Shown: in pieces, positions 1 to 12,245 of the stretch
Numbering within the stretch: position 1 is the stretch's first letter
Layout of the letters: every line of letters starts with the position of its first letter
DNA from: Tubiluchus corallicola
Lineage: Eukaryota > Animalia > Priapulida
Assembly: GCA_030141605.1 (NCBI GenBank)
Contig: JAQGDQ010001569.1
Span: 1 to 34,379 of the forward strand
Length of the DNA: 34,379 nt
Reading direction: 5' to 3'
Notes under the pieces: generated by a model
What the model saw: the letters and a program-made list of their open reading frames with translations, nothing else
The model's database searches: none
What the model was told of the DNA's origin: nothing
Made by a program: the position numbers and the translations under genes

Positions 1-37
1 TATTTTCTCTTCGAAAATGCTTCTCCGGCGTTCTAGC

Positions 38-466
38 ATACATATTGTTAATTAAGTAAAATTTTAAATTATTGTATCTTGTCAATAAAATTAAAAATAC
101 GTTTTTGGTTAGTGAGTGGCGCACCCTGGAAGGTGAGTCAGCGACATTTTATCAACTGGCGCAAACATTTCAAATTATTAGTCTAGTTACATAAGCCTTT
201 CCAGGAGGTAAGTGAAATGCTAAGTAATATAGATTTGCACGGGAAGTTTTTTGGGCTCTAATTTAACATTGTCTTTTCTTCCCCTGATTTACGTGGCGTA
301 GGTGACGTCATGTACTGGCGCGGTCGGAACAATATTGAGGGAGATTTAAAATGAAAACAAACGAAAATTCCTTTCAACACGAATATGCATAAAATTGCTG
401 TAAAGTAGTATAATTTTTAAAGGCGATTTTTCTGAAACCTACTTCAGGTGCCCCTTTTCTTGTCCT
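38..466 (+). mobile_element. Non-autonomous TTAA-flanked DNA transposon (Kolobok/T2-MITE-like), copy 1, left part missing
   Basis: Aligns by eye with 22402-22812 (+) and 14060-14510 (-). Ends ...ttttcttgtcct|ttaa (TTAA at 467-470). Superfamily inferred from the TTAA + AGG terminus. Confidence 0.75.
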
Positions 467-894
467 TTAAAGAATTCCTAACTAACAATTTCTGCTGAAC
501 TGTGAATGGCAACAAAACACAGTAACATCTAACCGCATAGTGACGACCAGATCTTCTCAGACGCCTTTTCCTAGATGTAAATCTATTCCACGTTCTTCAA
601 CATCCGCCTCTGCAAATGATTATGTACACAGCGAACCAAGACAAACAAATTGAAATTGATGCACTTTTCGCTGACATTCGAAATCCGCACAATTTTCACT
701 AAAAGGCGCAGACCCTTATTTCGCCTAGATTAGATAGCACTACATTAGATTAGATTAGATAGAATGGCTAAAACTGAGAACAATTCTATTATGGCAAAGC
801 TTTAAAACTAATCTGCCAATCTAGCATTTCGCCTTGCCTTGTATAAGATTAGAGAGTTTTCAAGATCTGTTGGATCCCAAGTCCCGCAAACCTT

Positions 895-1088
895 CCTCAT
901 TGTCATAATCATGGTCATCTTCATCATCGTCGTCGTCGTAATCGTCGTTGCCGTCGTCGTCGTCGTCATCGTCATCGTCATCATCGTCGTCGTCGTCGTC
1001 ATCGCCGTCATCATCACCATCACTGTCATCAACTTTTTATACTTCATTATCGTCGTTATAATTGTCATCATCATTACCATCATCGTCC
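895..1088. repeat. Compound (ATC)/(GTC)n trinucleotide microsatellite
   Basis: Direct reading; explains ORFs 808..1101 and 839..1105. Confidence 0.95.
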
Positions 1089-1090
1089 GT

Positions 1091-2146
1091 AACAAGAGCA
1101 AATGAAACAGTCAGGCAGGCACTAGGTGCAGAACAAATTCGACTCGAAATACTGGTAACGTGATTCGTTGAACTCAAGATCGTGGATTAGAAATGACGGC
1201 AATGCCGCCATCTTGAATCTAAGATGACAGACCAAATTCTGACACCCCCACCAATCCATGCAGAATTCATTCTTGCATATTCCTGTGCAGGGCCTATTTC
1301 AGCCTAGGCGAGGCCCGGGGAAGTGGGGCGTAAGAGGCCCCATCGGGGGGGGGGGGGGTAAGTGCCGGGGGCGGGCACTACCGTGGCTGGCGCTAGAACG
1401 CCGGAGAAGCATTTTCGAAGAGAAAATATGGAGTTATTCAGTTGTTAAAGGAAAGAACAATTGAAAGAAAAACTGCTTTATTCTCAAGACCAGTCCTTAA
1501 TACTTTTCAATACTGGCAAACGGCGCGCGTGCGGCAAGAGAGAGGGAGAGAGGAGGCAGTATATTCGCATAAAGCAAAAAAAAATGTTGCCTTGGCGCGA
1601 GGCCCCCCTGGAGGGTGAGGCCCCGGGGAAGTATCCCCACTTCCCCCCCACCCTTGAAATAGGCCCTGTTCCTGTGGGGTTTTATGACGATCTATTACGA
1701 ACTGGTAGAGCCAATTTTCTCTAGAAGAAAGTTATTGCTGCATCTAGAATTTAAGGTGACAGATCAAAAATCCGACTGGGTCAATCGGTAGGGAATTTGT
1801 TCTAGCACATTTCTACAAATTTCTATGGCGATCTACTGCGATTTGGCTGAGCTTTAGGCTTTTTTTCAAAAACGGTGCCATGGCCCCGCCGTTTTAAACG
1901 TCGAATCAAAAATCCTACTATGTAAATCGATACAAAATTTATGAAGTTTCATGATAATCTGTTGCGAACTGGCAGTGATTCAATGTTTTTTCGAAAATAA
2001 AAAATCAAAAATCCGACTCCGTCAGTCAAAACGGAATCAATTCTGGTATCACTTTAGTGAAGTTGCGCGAGAATCCATTGTAAATTTATTGTAAGGAACC
2101 CTAGGCATTTTTTCAAAAGGTCATCCCCGACAACAACAACAAAAAG
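1091..2146 (+). mobile_element. Old element with diverged ~142-bp internal tandem units (possibly Helentron/HINE-like), interrupted by a hAT MITE
   Basis: Motif a(t/c)caaa(a)atcc/ttctgac recurs at 1231, 1763, 1905 and 2004; spacing 143/142/99 after removing the MITE plus one TSD. Also shared (g/a)tttcatga..atct..tgcga and gccgccatcttgaat motifs, and a short (CAA) run at the end. Family assignment is inference. Confidence 0.5.
1288..1668 (+). mobile_element. hAT-type MITE, copy 1 (381 bp)
   Basis: Perfect 14-bp TIR cagggcctatttca / tgaaataggccctg; 8-bp TSD ttcctgtg at 1280-1287 and 1669-1676; CAG termini; non-coding. Confidence 0.92.
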
Positions 2147-3964
2147 TATTTACTATTTCTTCATCTAGCAAATGAATAGACCTACTGTATCGTCATTCCA
2201 ATCTTTCATGCACTGAAGTCTTGAATTCCTTATATGATGAAGTGAGAAAAGATAGTTTATTGCTTATGTAGTTTCGCTATGTCGTCAAACTAAATATCGT
2301 TAAAATTTCGTGCTATTGCAGCTATTATATTCTATTACACCAACAAGTTATGTATTTCTGATATCAACCATCACTAATTAGCTGATTTCCGTTGTCTTGG
2401 TGGCAATAAAGAGCCAATAAACGCGCCAGTAAATAATTCACAAGAGAAACATTTTCACCAGAGAAGCACAATATTTCGTGTCCCGTTTACGAATCATCAA
2501 TGTTGGAGGCGGAAGCGGAGAGCTTTGAGGGTCCTCCTCTAGCTGCCACGGAGAACACGGAGAGCAATTGCACCATCTGCAGCAGCAGAACAGGAGAGGC
2601 ACTACTTTCACGTTAAGCACTAATTACCTTTGACCACCCTTCTCAGGCCGCGTTATCAAGCTCCTTTAATTACATATTGTGTCCGGGCAATAACAACTCA
2701 GAACACCTTTGATTAAATCCCTGGGTATTGTGCACGAATAATTCGCCTGGTATTATTCTCTGGATTACGGCAGGATAACCTTTAATTACACGTACAAATA
2801 TGAGAAGAAATCAGTGGAAATGGTGAAAAAGCTAATCGCCTTCGACCGTTGAATCTCAGCCGATTAATCAAGTCTTGCAACGGCTAGAATACACCAAGCA
2901 CACGGAAAAAACACAATAATGCCAGAGGCAAGAATGGCTTCAAAAAGAATCGACTAAACACCTAATAGATTATCTACCGATAAGGCACACCTTTCTGAGT
3001 AGACTGATAGAAGAATGACTATTCATGTGTAAGAATAGCACGCGTTTTGATCATTGCACGGAAACTGTCTATTCAAAGCTCCCGTAACTTTGCACTAATC
3101 ATTCTCATCATAATTTCTTGTATAGTTTTGGCAAACCTGTCATTGTGAGAATTGTATCGCATCACAGTAAAAGCAATTCCTTTAATCATAGACTAATAAA
3201 AGCACTCACACTAGTGAGTATGAAGTACCTTGTACTCATAGCCTTCATTTAGGCCGGCAGTTCAATGAAAATCAGGATTTACTACGTATTTAATTAATGA
3301 CGCTTAATTAGAGACCATACCACAAACAATCGGCTAACAATAATCATGCAAGTTTTCAAAGGCGACGTTTTTTAGATGATATGAAAGCTCTTGGTTTGTC
3401 CACAGTAAAAGCACACAATGTCCTTTTGCTTTTGTGATATCTAAAAGATCCATTTAAATAGATATAATGTAATTAAGCATGATATGTGCGCGTATTTGAT
3501 TCTATTGTAGTTCATCATAGTAGGTGCACGATGTTTTCGTGAATAATTAGGCTTATTATTATGGCGTACAAGTCGGTGGTGGAACAAACATGACATTGAG
3601 TTTGAGGAATGAGTTCGATGCTATAGTAAAAAAAACTATTGTATGTTTCAATATTTTAGAGCATTCTTTATTGTGAACTAATGTTTACACAATCATCCGG
3701 TTTTCCTTTAATGCCCAAATTTTTAGCAAAACAAAATGTGTATATATGTATAGGCATGTATGTATAAATGCACCTCATTATAATACCAAATTCACTATAA
3801 CGTTGACATCATTGCAACCCCAAAGCATCTCAAATTAAAAAATAAAAAACAAAGTAAAATTAAACATCTGACTAACCTTCTCTTTCTAGGCAAGGTTGCT
3901 AGCTTCCCATCTACGTAAACAACCAATGTAAAAATAAGAAAGTAACATTCTTTGTCAATATTAA

Positions 3965-4254
3965 TTGTCGTGTTTGCTACATTTAAAACTTGGGATCGCA
4001 CTACAACCCCATTGTCAGGGCCTATTTCAGCCTAGGCGAGGCCCGGGGAAGTGGGGCGTGTAGGCCCTTTCGGGGGAGAGCCGTGGTTGGCGCCCAGAAA
4101 ATTTTTGAACTGCTAGAACGCCGGAGAAGCATTTTCGAAGAGAAAATATGGAGTTATACAGTTGTTAAGGAAAGAACAATTGAAAGAAAAACTGCTTTAT
4201 TCTCAAGACTAGTCCTTAAAACTTGTCAATACTGGCAAACGGCGCGCGTGCGGC

Positions 4255-4298
<44 letters not shown>

Positions 4299-4837
4299 GC
4301 AGTATGTTCACATAAAGCAAAAAAAAGTTACCTTGGCGCGAAGCCCCCCTGGAGGGTGAGGCCCCGGGGAAGTATCCCCATTCCCCCCCTTGAAATAGGC
4401 CCTGCCCATTGTTCCATCCTTTGATAAATATCATGTCAGTAGATTGTCGTGTTTGCTACATTTAAAACTTGGGATCCCACTACAACCCCATTGTTCCATC
4501 CTTTGATAAATATCATGTCAGTAGCTTGTCGTGTTTGCTACATTTAAAACTTGGGATCCCACTACAACCCCATCGTTCCATCATTTGATAAATATCATGT
4601 CAGTAACTTGTCGTGTTTGCTACATTTAAAACTTGGGATCCCACTACAACCCCATCGTTCCATCCTTGATAAATATCATGTCAGTAGCTTGTCGTGTTTG
4701 CTACATTTAAAACTTGGGATCCCACCACAACCCCATTGTTCCATCCTTTGATAAATATCATGTCAGTAGCTTGTCGTGTTTGCTACATTTAAAACTTGGG
4801 ATCCCACTACAACCCCATCGTTCCGTCCTTTGATAAA
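3965..4837. repeat. 82-bp tandem repeat (~5.8 units), first unit interrupted by a MITE
   Basis: Unit ttgtcgtgtttgctacatttaaaacttgggatcccactacaaccccattgttccatcctttgataaatatcatgtcagtagc starts at 3965, 4444, 4526, 4608, 4689 and 4771. Confidence 0.95.
4016..4404 (+). mobile_element. hAT-type MITE, copy 2 (389 bp)
   Basis: Same 14-bp TIRs; 8-bp TSD cccattgt at 4008-4015 and 4405-4412; interior similar to copy 1 with an expanded (GA)n. Confidence 0.92.
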
Positions 4838-5272
4838 CTGCCCCAAACAAGGCCAATGGTAACTCAAGGTAAGTCTTGTTTTTAACCGTTATAAGTAACA
4901 GTTATTGACTATCTAGACATCAGAATTTGGCTATTAGCGCGTGAGAGAACTCAGCTTGTCAATATCGTAGATACCGTGTTTTAATTTAAATTGTGCTGAA
5001 TCTTATCGGAAATTTAGGAAGCCGGGAGTTGAGATATAGAAGCCAAATACGTATCGCGCTTTTCCTTTATAACTGTTTTTCGCACGAATTCAAGCTTTTG
5101 CCATTTTTGATAACATTTTATCAAGCGATTTCTTCGAATACGAGAATAATGTGAAATAAACTTGGTAACCGATACATCATTTTGTTACGAACCGTGCAAT
5201 ATCAAATGTTGCTACCTCGAAATCACGTGAAACGTGTTAGAATAAAATGCTGAAATTTCTGGCGTTCGAGTC

Positions 5273-5947
5273 GTAAGTGTGAAAACTGTAACGCTGAAAA
5301 AGGCAGAGAAATATGACAGTGTAAGTGTGAAAAAGTGTAAAGCTGAAAAGGCAGAGAAATATGACAGTGTAAGTGTGAAAAACTGTAAAGTTGAAAAAGA
5401 CAGAGAAATATGACAGTGTAAGCGTGAAAAAGTGTAAAGCTGAAAAGGCAGAGAAATGTGACAGTGTAAGCGTGAAAAAGTGTAAAGCTGAAAAGGCAGA
5501 GAAATATGACAGTGTAAGCGTGAAAAACTGTAAAGTTGAAAAAGACAGAGAAACATGACAGTGTAAGTGTGAAAAAGTGTAAAGTTGAAAAAAGGCAGAG
5601 AAATGTGACAGTGTAAGTGTGAAAAGTGTAAAGTTGAAAAAGGCTGAGAAATATGACAGTGTACGTGCGAAAAAGCGTAAAGTTGAAAAGGGCAGAGAAA
5701 ATAACAGTCTAAGTGTGAAAAAGTGTAAAGTTGAAAAAGGCAGAGAAATATGACAGTGTAAGTGTGAAAACCTGTAAAGTTGAAAAGGCAGATAAATATG
5801 ACAGTGTAAGTGTGAAAAAGTGTAAAGTTGAAAAGGCAGATAAATATGACAGTGTAAGTGTGAAAACCTGTAAAGTTGAAAAGGCAGATAAATATGACAG
5901 TGTAAGTGTGAAAAAGTGTAAAGTTGAAAAGGCAGATAAATATGACA
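5273..5947. repeat. 48-bp minisatellite, ~14 units
   Basis: Unit gtaagtgtgaaaaagtgtaaagttgaaaaggcagagaaatatgacagt; gives the 16-aa periodicity of the overlapping ORFs. Confidence 0.95.
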
Positions 5948-7047
5948 CACGTTCAAATACGAAAAAAATGTAGAAGAGAATAGAAGTATGAAAACAGAAA
6001 ACAGGTCGGTTTTGCTTAGAAGCCACACATTTTGCATACTTTCAACATTTTCCCACATATGTTGGATTCAAGATCCTGATTGGTTTACCACCAAAATCAA
6101 TGAGTTGATGACTGTGACAACAATGACAAACTGAAAGCTAATGATGACGGTGGTGAAGATGATGACGACGACGACGAAAATCAGGGCAACCACAACAACG
6201 ATGATGATAGCAAATTTGGTGATGAAGATGTCACGTGGTGACATCTGCAGTTTAAATCTTCACTCTTTCACCTACCTGGTTTTAGAAGTTCTATCGTTCT
6301 AGATTCAGAAGCATTCTATTTGCGTATTATTGTATAGATAATTTATAGATTATAAGCAATACATTGTTATTGTACATCCTCTATTATGACCGAGGAATCA
6401 ACATGCTAGATGATATGGATTTAAGAGAGCTATTTAATGCTTTTACTTGCTTATCGATTTTAAGTGTCTGATCAAGAATCGAAAATCGGTAAAGTCACGG
6501 CACATCAAAGTTGAGAATCTAAAACCACCGATATACACCTTGCCATCCAACTATAAGATTGGGCATTTTTTAAATGTAGCTTTGTCACATTTTCTGCTAT
6601 TTTTGTCCCGAAACAAGTTAAACCGTTATTTTCTTCTTTTCTCGCAAAGGTACCACACAGTTCCTGGCTTCTCGAACCGCCTAGTCGTTCGGATAGCCTT
6701 AAGCAGCTATTAGTAGCTAGGTCAGTCGGACTAACCATTTCATCCATTAGTGAGATATAGGAAACTTGGTTGTCATTACCATGAACTCCGCGCCAGATTA
6801 GGTTGAGAGTGAAAATAGATTTGCATAATTGTGCTCAAAGGATCTCTGCGAATACAGTTATCAACTGGTCTGACAAATGTCACTTGAAAGCTCGGTGCTC
6901 TGCTTCTTCACGTTTTGCCGTTTTGCATCTGGAACAAAGCGCTAAAGCAACGTTTTCACTCCACATTAGTGCCAACATAACCTTGTAACCGTTGCTAACA
7001 TTAAGTACAAACTGGCTTTGGCTTATAGTCTTTGAAGTACTACTTAC

Positions 7048-7113
7048 CTGTCTCCATAGTTTAAATCCCATGCGTGTTGCAACGAAAATTCTATAAACCT
7101 TGTTGAGCATTTG
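7048..7113 (-). other. Candidate 66-nt exon of an unknown minus-strand transcript
   Basis: Pyrimidine-rich acceptor tttgtttgtctccttattgtttactag, consensus donor cag|gtaagt, two open frames; no recognisable homology. Confidence 0.35.
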
Positions 7114-7829
7114 CTAGTAAACAATAAGGAGACAAACAAAACGGACGATCTCAAAATTGTGATATTGTTGTATTGCACGTAATAATTCCGTTTAATTTGT
7201 TCCCTTATCTATTCATATGTCCTAAAAATACCTAAAATGTCTTAGGCATCATAACACGAAGTTTAGATAGCATACGAATATCAACTTTTCTTACTTCCTT
7301 TACCTCTTTTTTGGTTTGCAAGTTCTTTCTTACAATTACCTAGATATAGGAAAGAGTGAAAGTTCATCTATGATTGATGAATACATATTAGCTGAATGCA
7401 TTCCTTGCAGTCTTCTTGTCGCATCATATGACTCACTTGTTATAATTTCTATCATAATGATCACATTTTTATTATTGCCATTTCATATTTAACACCTTTT
7501 ACTTTTACTTCGTTTTTTCCACTCTTATTTACATTAATTACTCCACTTTCCCCGCAACTTACTTTATAATCGTCATCACCTTTCATCTTTGGCTCGTCCT
7601 CGCAGTTAACAATTCGTCATTATACTACCACCATAGAGGTTTTCAAGTTTTAAGATAAAGATCAGCTAATTGGAAGTTCTTGCACACTACATTACCCTCT
7701 TGCTTTGATAAATTTAGACTTAGTTTCAATAACACATTGCTATATTTATTTAATTATAAAACCATTAAGAAAAGAAATTACATATAAGTGGTATAATGGT
7801 TCAAGCTCAAAAACACAGACAACAGAGCA

Positions 7830-7895
7830 ACACACACACACGCACACGCACACGCACACGCACACGCGCACGCGCACACGCACACACACACACAC
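7830..7895. repeat. (CA)n/(CACGCA)n microsatellite
   Basis: Direct reading. Confidence 0.95.
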
Positions 7896-7966
7896 ATATA
7901 TATTATAAACTTAATATTACATATGTATTCCAGTTAGTCGGTTAATCAAGCTTGCACTGAGTTATC

Positions 7967-8200
7967 TCAGTCGGGCATGTCTTCAAATATTTTGAGGACC
8001 AATCTGTCATTAATTTTAATAACTTCTACATCTTTTGATGCATTTAAAAATACGAAGTGCTCATTGGAAGACATATAATGAAAGTTAGGACAGAAATCAG
8101 AAAGGATACCAAAACATTCCTCTCTTACGTGAGCGAGTGGGCGTTCAGTAATCACATGCAATTCATCCTCTACTTTGTTTAAAGAACAATTACGTTGGCT
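7967..8200 (-). pseudogene. Decayed 3' end of a non-LTR retrotransposon ORF2 (C-terminal zinc-knuckle-like region)
   Basis: Extending the ORF upstream gives NCSLNKVEDELHVITERPLAHVR..., resembling the CxxC..VEDEFHFLLECPLY..LR motif typical of LINE ORF2 C-termini. Confidence 0.55.
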
Positions 8201-8500
8201 AATTATATGTTATTACGCGAATCGTAATTGTGTTTTTCTAGGAAATTAAAAGAAGCTAAACTAAACTAATCCAAAGAAAGTGCTAACTACTTTGTGTCTC
8301 GGTTTTCTAATTACGTTACTTTCGTCAGGGACCACTTTTCACTTGTGTAACTGGAAAACCACAAACTAATTCTTCAAATTTCTCTTGCAATTAAACACGA
8401 AACGCATGAAAATAAACAGCATAAATTCCCATTAAAGTTTGTCCTGGACAGGAAAGTCCCTGGGATGCTATAAAAATGCAAAGCCACTGAGATTACGCAT

Positions 8501-8503
<3 letters not shown>

Positions 8504-8577
<74 letters not shown>
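8504..8577. repeat. (GA)n microsatellite flanked by a 22-bp direct repeat
   Basis: ccactgagattacgcatcttga at 8484-8505 and 8588-8609. Confidence 0.95.
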
Positions 8578-8578
<1 letters not shown>

Positions 8579-9749
8579 CCACTGAGACCACTGAGATTAC
8601 GCATCTTGATGATATGCGTTTATAGGTTCGTGTTCAGTTCTGACGTCACACAAACGCTTCAAATTGTCGCATCGTTGAAAAATAGCAGAAGAACCCAGAA
8701 TTCTCATGCAAAATTGGACTTCAGTATGTACTTCGCTTATCAATAGTCCACTCATGTACATTCATCTATAAAAATGAACAATTTTAATATTTGCCGCTGG
8801 TTTGATGAGTGTATTCAATTGGGTTATATTGTATCCATTTACTGCAAAGATATCATTACTGTCTTTAATTCGTATACGCAAAGTCAGCGTTGGAATATTC
8901 TCTCTTCATAAATGGCGGATCTAAGATAGGGTACAAAGCGTGTCAAACCAAAAGAGATTACCTGCAATCTAATACTTCCCAAAATTGTGATCGTAGCATC
9001 AGTACAGTTTAGTTAATAGTAAAAATGTCCCGCCCTGTTTTTTGTTGTACAGCTTTGTGATATCACCTTGTGACACCAGTTGGCGCCACCGTTTGCGAGC
9101 AGCCTTTCAATTTGGCGGGATCTAATTGCGGTTTTACGAGAAAAAATCAATATAAAAAGCGAAGTTCGTTTTAACTAGCAGATGGTGAAATGAATTTGTC
9201 TGGCATTATACTGCTGTTTTGTGAACATAAAATAAAAGGAGATTGAATGCCGTTTCAGACTGCCACTTGCCGCTTTGATAGTTGCGTCATGTTAAATTAA
9301 ACAAATGATCGCTCTGCTCGGGGGCGAATGCAGGAGCGGGAAGTTACGGGAAAAAACGGGAAAAAATCAAAGCAGCGAAATGTTCAGACTAGCTCAAAAG
9401 TATAAAATAACATACTTTAGTGTTTGACTATTTCGTGTGTGGTTGAAGACGCTGTATATTTAATTTTGTTTATTAGTTGTCAGTGTGGGGGGGGGGGGGG
9501 GAACATTCGCTTACATTCAATCAAGAGGAAACGATCTGGCAACGCAAAACACAAAGCCATTAATGCTGGGTAATAAACAGCAGTTACAACTCATCATTGT
9601 AAACGTAAACTGTAAATTGAAACATGGATGCCTGCTGCCGTATTCATGCCAATTTCATGCCAACGTTGCGAAGTGCTTAGTGCTTCAGCAGTGAATAATG
9701 GGATTCTAGTAACACGAACAACAGAGGGCATCACCAACTGTCTCAGGAG

Positions 9750-9962
9750 TGACGACGACGACGACGACGACAACAACAACAACAATAACAGCAACAGCAA
9801 TAACAACAGCAGCAACAACAACAACAACAGCAACAGCAACAGCAGCAGCAGCAGTAACTACAACGACAATAACAACAACAACAACAACAGCAGCAGCAGC
9901 AGCAATAACAACAACAGCAACAGCAGCAGCAGCAACAACAACAACAACTACAACTACTACAA

Positions 9963-9999
<37 letters not shown>

Positions 10000-10069
10000 A
10001 ACAGCAACAACAACAACAATAACAATAACAATAACAACAACAACAGCAGCAGCAGCAGCAACAGCAATA

Positions 10070-10101
<32 letters not shown>

Positions 10102-10190
10102 AGTAGCAGTAGCAGTAACTACAACAACAATAACAACAGCAGCAACAGCAACAACAGCAACCACAACAGCAACAACAACAGCAACAATGA
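9750..10190. repeat. Compound (GAC)/(AAC)/(AGC)n microsatellite
   Basis: Direct reading; explains the poly-N/S, poly-T/A and poly-V ORFs. Confidence 0.97.
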
Positions 10191-10739
10191 AAATGACAAA
10201 AGCAACAAGATGCAGCTACACGAGCAACAACAGAAAGGTGTCCCTCAAGGAGGTATCGTTACGCTGTTTAAAGATTATGAAAGGAATTTTGATTTTTAAG
10301 CTGGTAGTTTACCTTGAAGTCAAAATTCACACATTCAGCTCAGTAAATGTTGTAGTTCTTAAAAATTCCTCAAAATGGCCATCATTCTAATTACTTCAAA
10401 CCATAACTGTAACTGCTTTTTAAAATAAACGTGGACATTAGGTCAATCACAAATCGCCAAATTTCATATATCTTTCTTGATCATTAAATTCACTTAACAA
10501 AAATATGGAATTTATGTCATCAAAGACGATCAACGAACTCAGAATCGACAGGCGTCTGCACCTAATCAACTTTCAGGCCCCAGTGAGGACTCTAAGTGAC
10601 GTATCCTGGGATTTTACAAGATCCTACAAAGCTCTTCTCGGAACCTCTTACGCACACTCAGTGTCACAACAAGGCTTTTCCTTTCAATCTTCCACGCTTG
10701 TATCGCATGGTTTACTAAATCCATTAATATAAAACTTAC

Positions 10740-10825
10740 AGAGTTGCTGAAGTCCGTGTCAGCTTCCGGGGGTCTCCTGGGCACGATGCGACACAAACCA
10801 TAATCCTTTTTTGCAGCCATATTGT
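10740..10825 (-). other. Candidate exon with start codon (MAAKKDYGLCRIVPRRPPEADTDFSNS)
   Basis: cag|acaatATGG (good Kozak context), 27 codons, then phase-0 donor tct|gtaagt; no recognisable homology. Confidence 0.3.
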
Positions 10826-11145
10826 CTGTTCATTGAAGTTTAATAGTGTGCAGCCGAAATAGGGAATTAGATTATAATGCTCGCTTCAATTGAACCGTAG
10901 CCAGAGGATCTGCCTTTAAACAAAACCTCATAGATGGATAAGCAGAAAGACATATCTATACGAGAGGCAACGAACTAGATTTTCTGAGCTTAACTATTAT
11001 ACATAAAAACGCACATGCAGGCTTTGAATTTGATGGGTAGAGAGAACGTCTGCACACAGGCTTTTTTTCAATATTTACTTTAAATAAGATATTTCACCAA
11101 TGCCACACAAAAAATTGGTTGACTTCAAGAAGAATTTGGTGGAAA

Positions 11146-11208
11146 TGGCTAAGAATTCTTTAGATGGCTAGAATCCTTTAGATGGCTAGAATCCTTTAGA
11201 TGCCTAGA
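11146..11208. repeat. 18-bp tandem repeat, ~3.5 units
   Basis: tggctagaatcctttaga repeated. Confidence 0.9.
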
Positions 11209-11605
11209 AAATGCATCCTGCCATGCAGTATAAAATATGATATACGACATCTGTACCGAAGTCGCAACCAAAAAGCGACACAGGTTGAACATTCTGATGT
11301 TTGGCAGTTGCGTCATTGCCAAAATCATCTGTGTAGCTGGAAAAACAGAGCATGCGCCATCTAAAGCATCAACTTCAAGCGAAAAACGTGTTTGTCTAGA
11401 GGCTTGTCACACAAAATTGCGCGGAGAGCGTTATCACAACATGGAGTACTGGTAACAGTTTTGTGGAAGTATTTTTCTGATAATCGAAATGTCCTTGAAA
11501 AGTCAACAATTAACTGATGAGCCCCTTTAACGAGCGTCGAGAGGAGAAGCCGATAATATAATTTAAATACGCTTTACGTTGCCGAAACAAAGTGCTTGAA
11601 ATATC

Positions 11606-12245
<640 letters not shown>

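Noticed and set aside
3965-4837. CRISPR-like regular arrays (also 25543-25660 and 33271-34379)
   Set aside because: No unique spacers, no cas genes, eukaryotic context.
5212-6058. 273-aa and related repetitive ORFs
   Set aside because: Products of the 48-bp minisatellite; frame shifts follow unit indels.
6505-6747. 80-aa minus-strand ORF and an overlapping plus-strand exon candidate at 6650-6720
   Set aside because: No recognisable homology, weak splice signals, and conflicting strands.
9594-10390. Long ORFs (223, 213 and 152 aa) rich in N/S, T/A or V
   Set aside because: They are translations of an AAC/AGC microsatellite that is open in several frames on both strands, with no domain.
11514-11545. 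Hammerhead box ctgatga followed by a short hairpin
   Set aside because: No GAAA after the putative stem II and no stems I or III.
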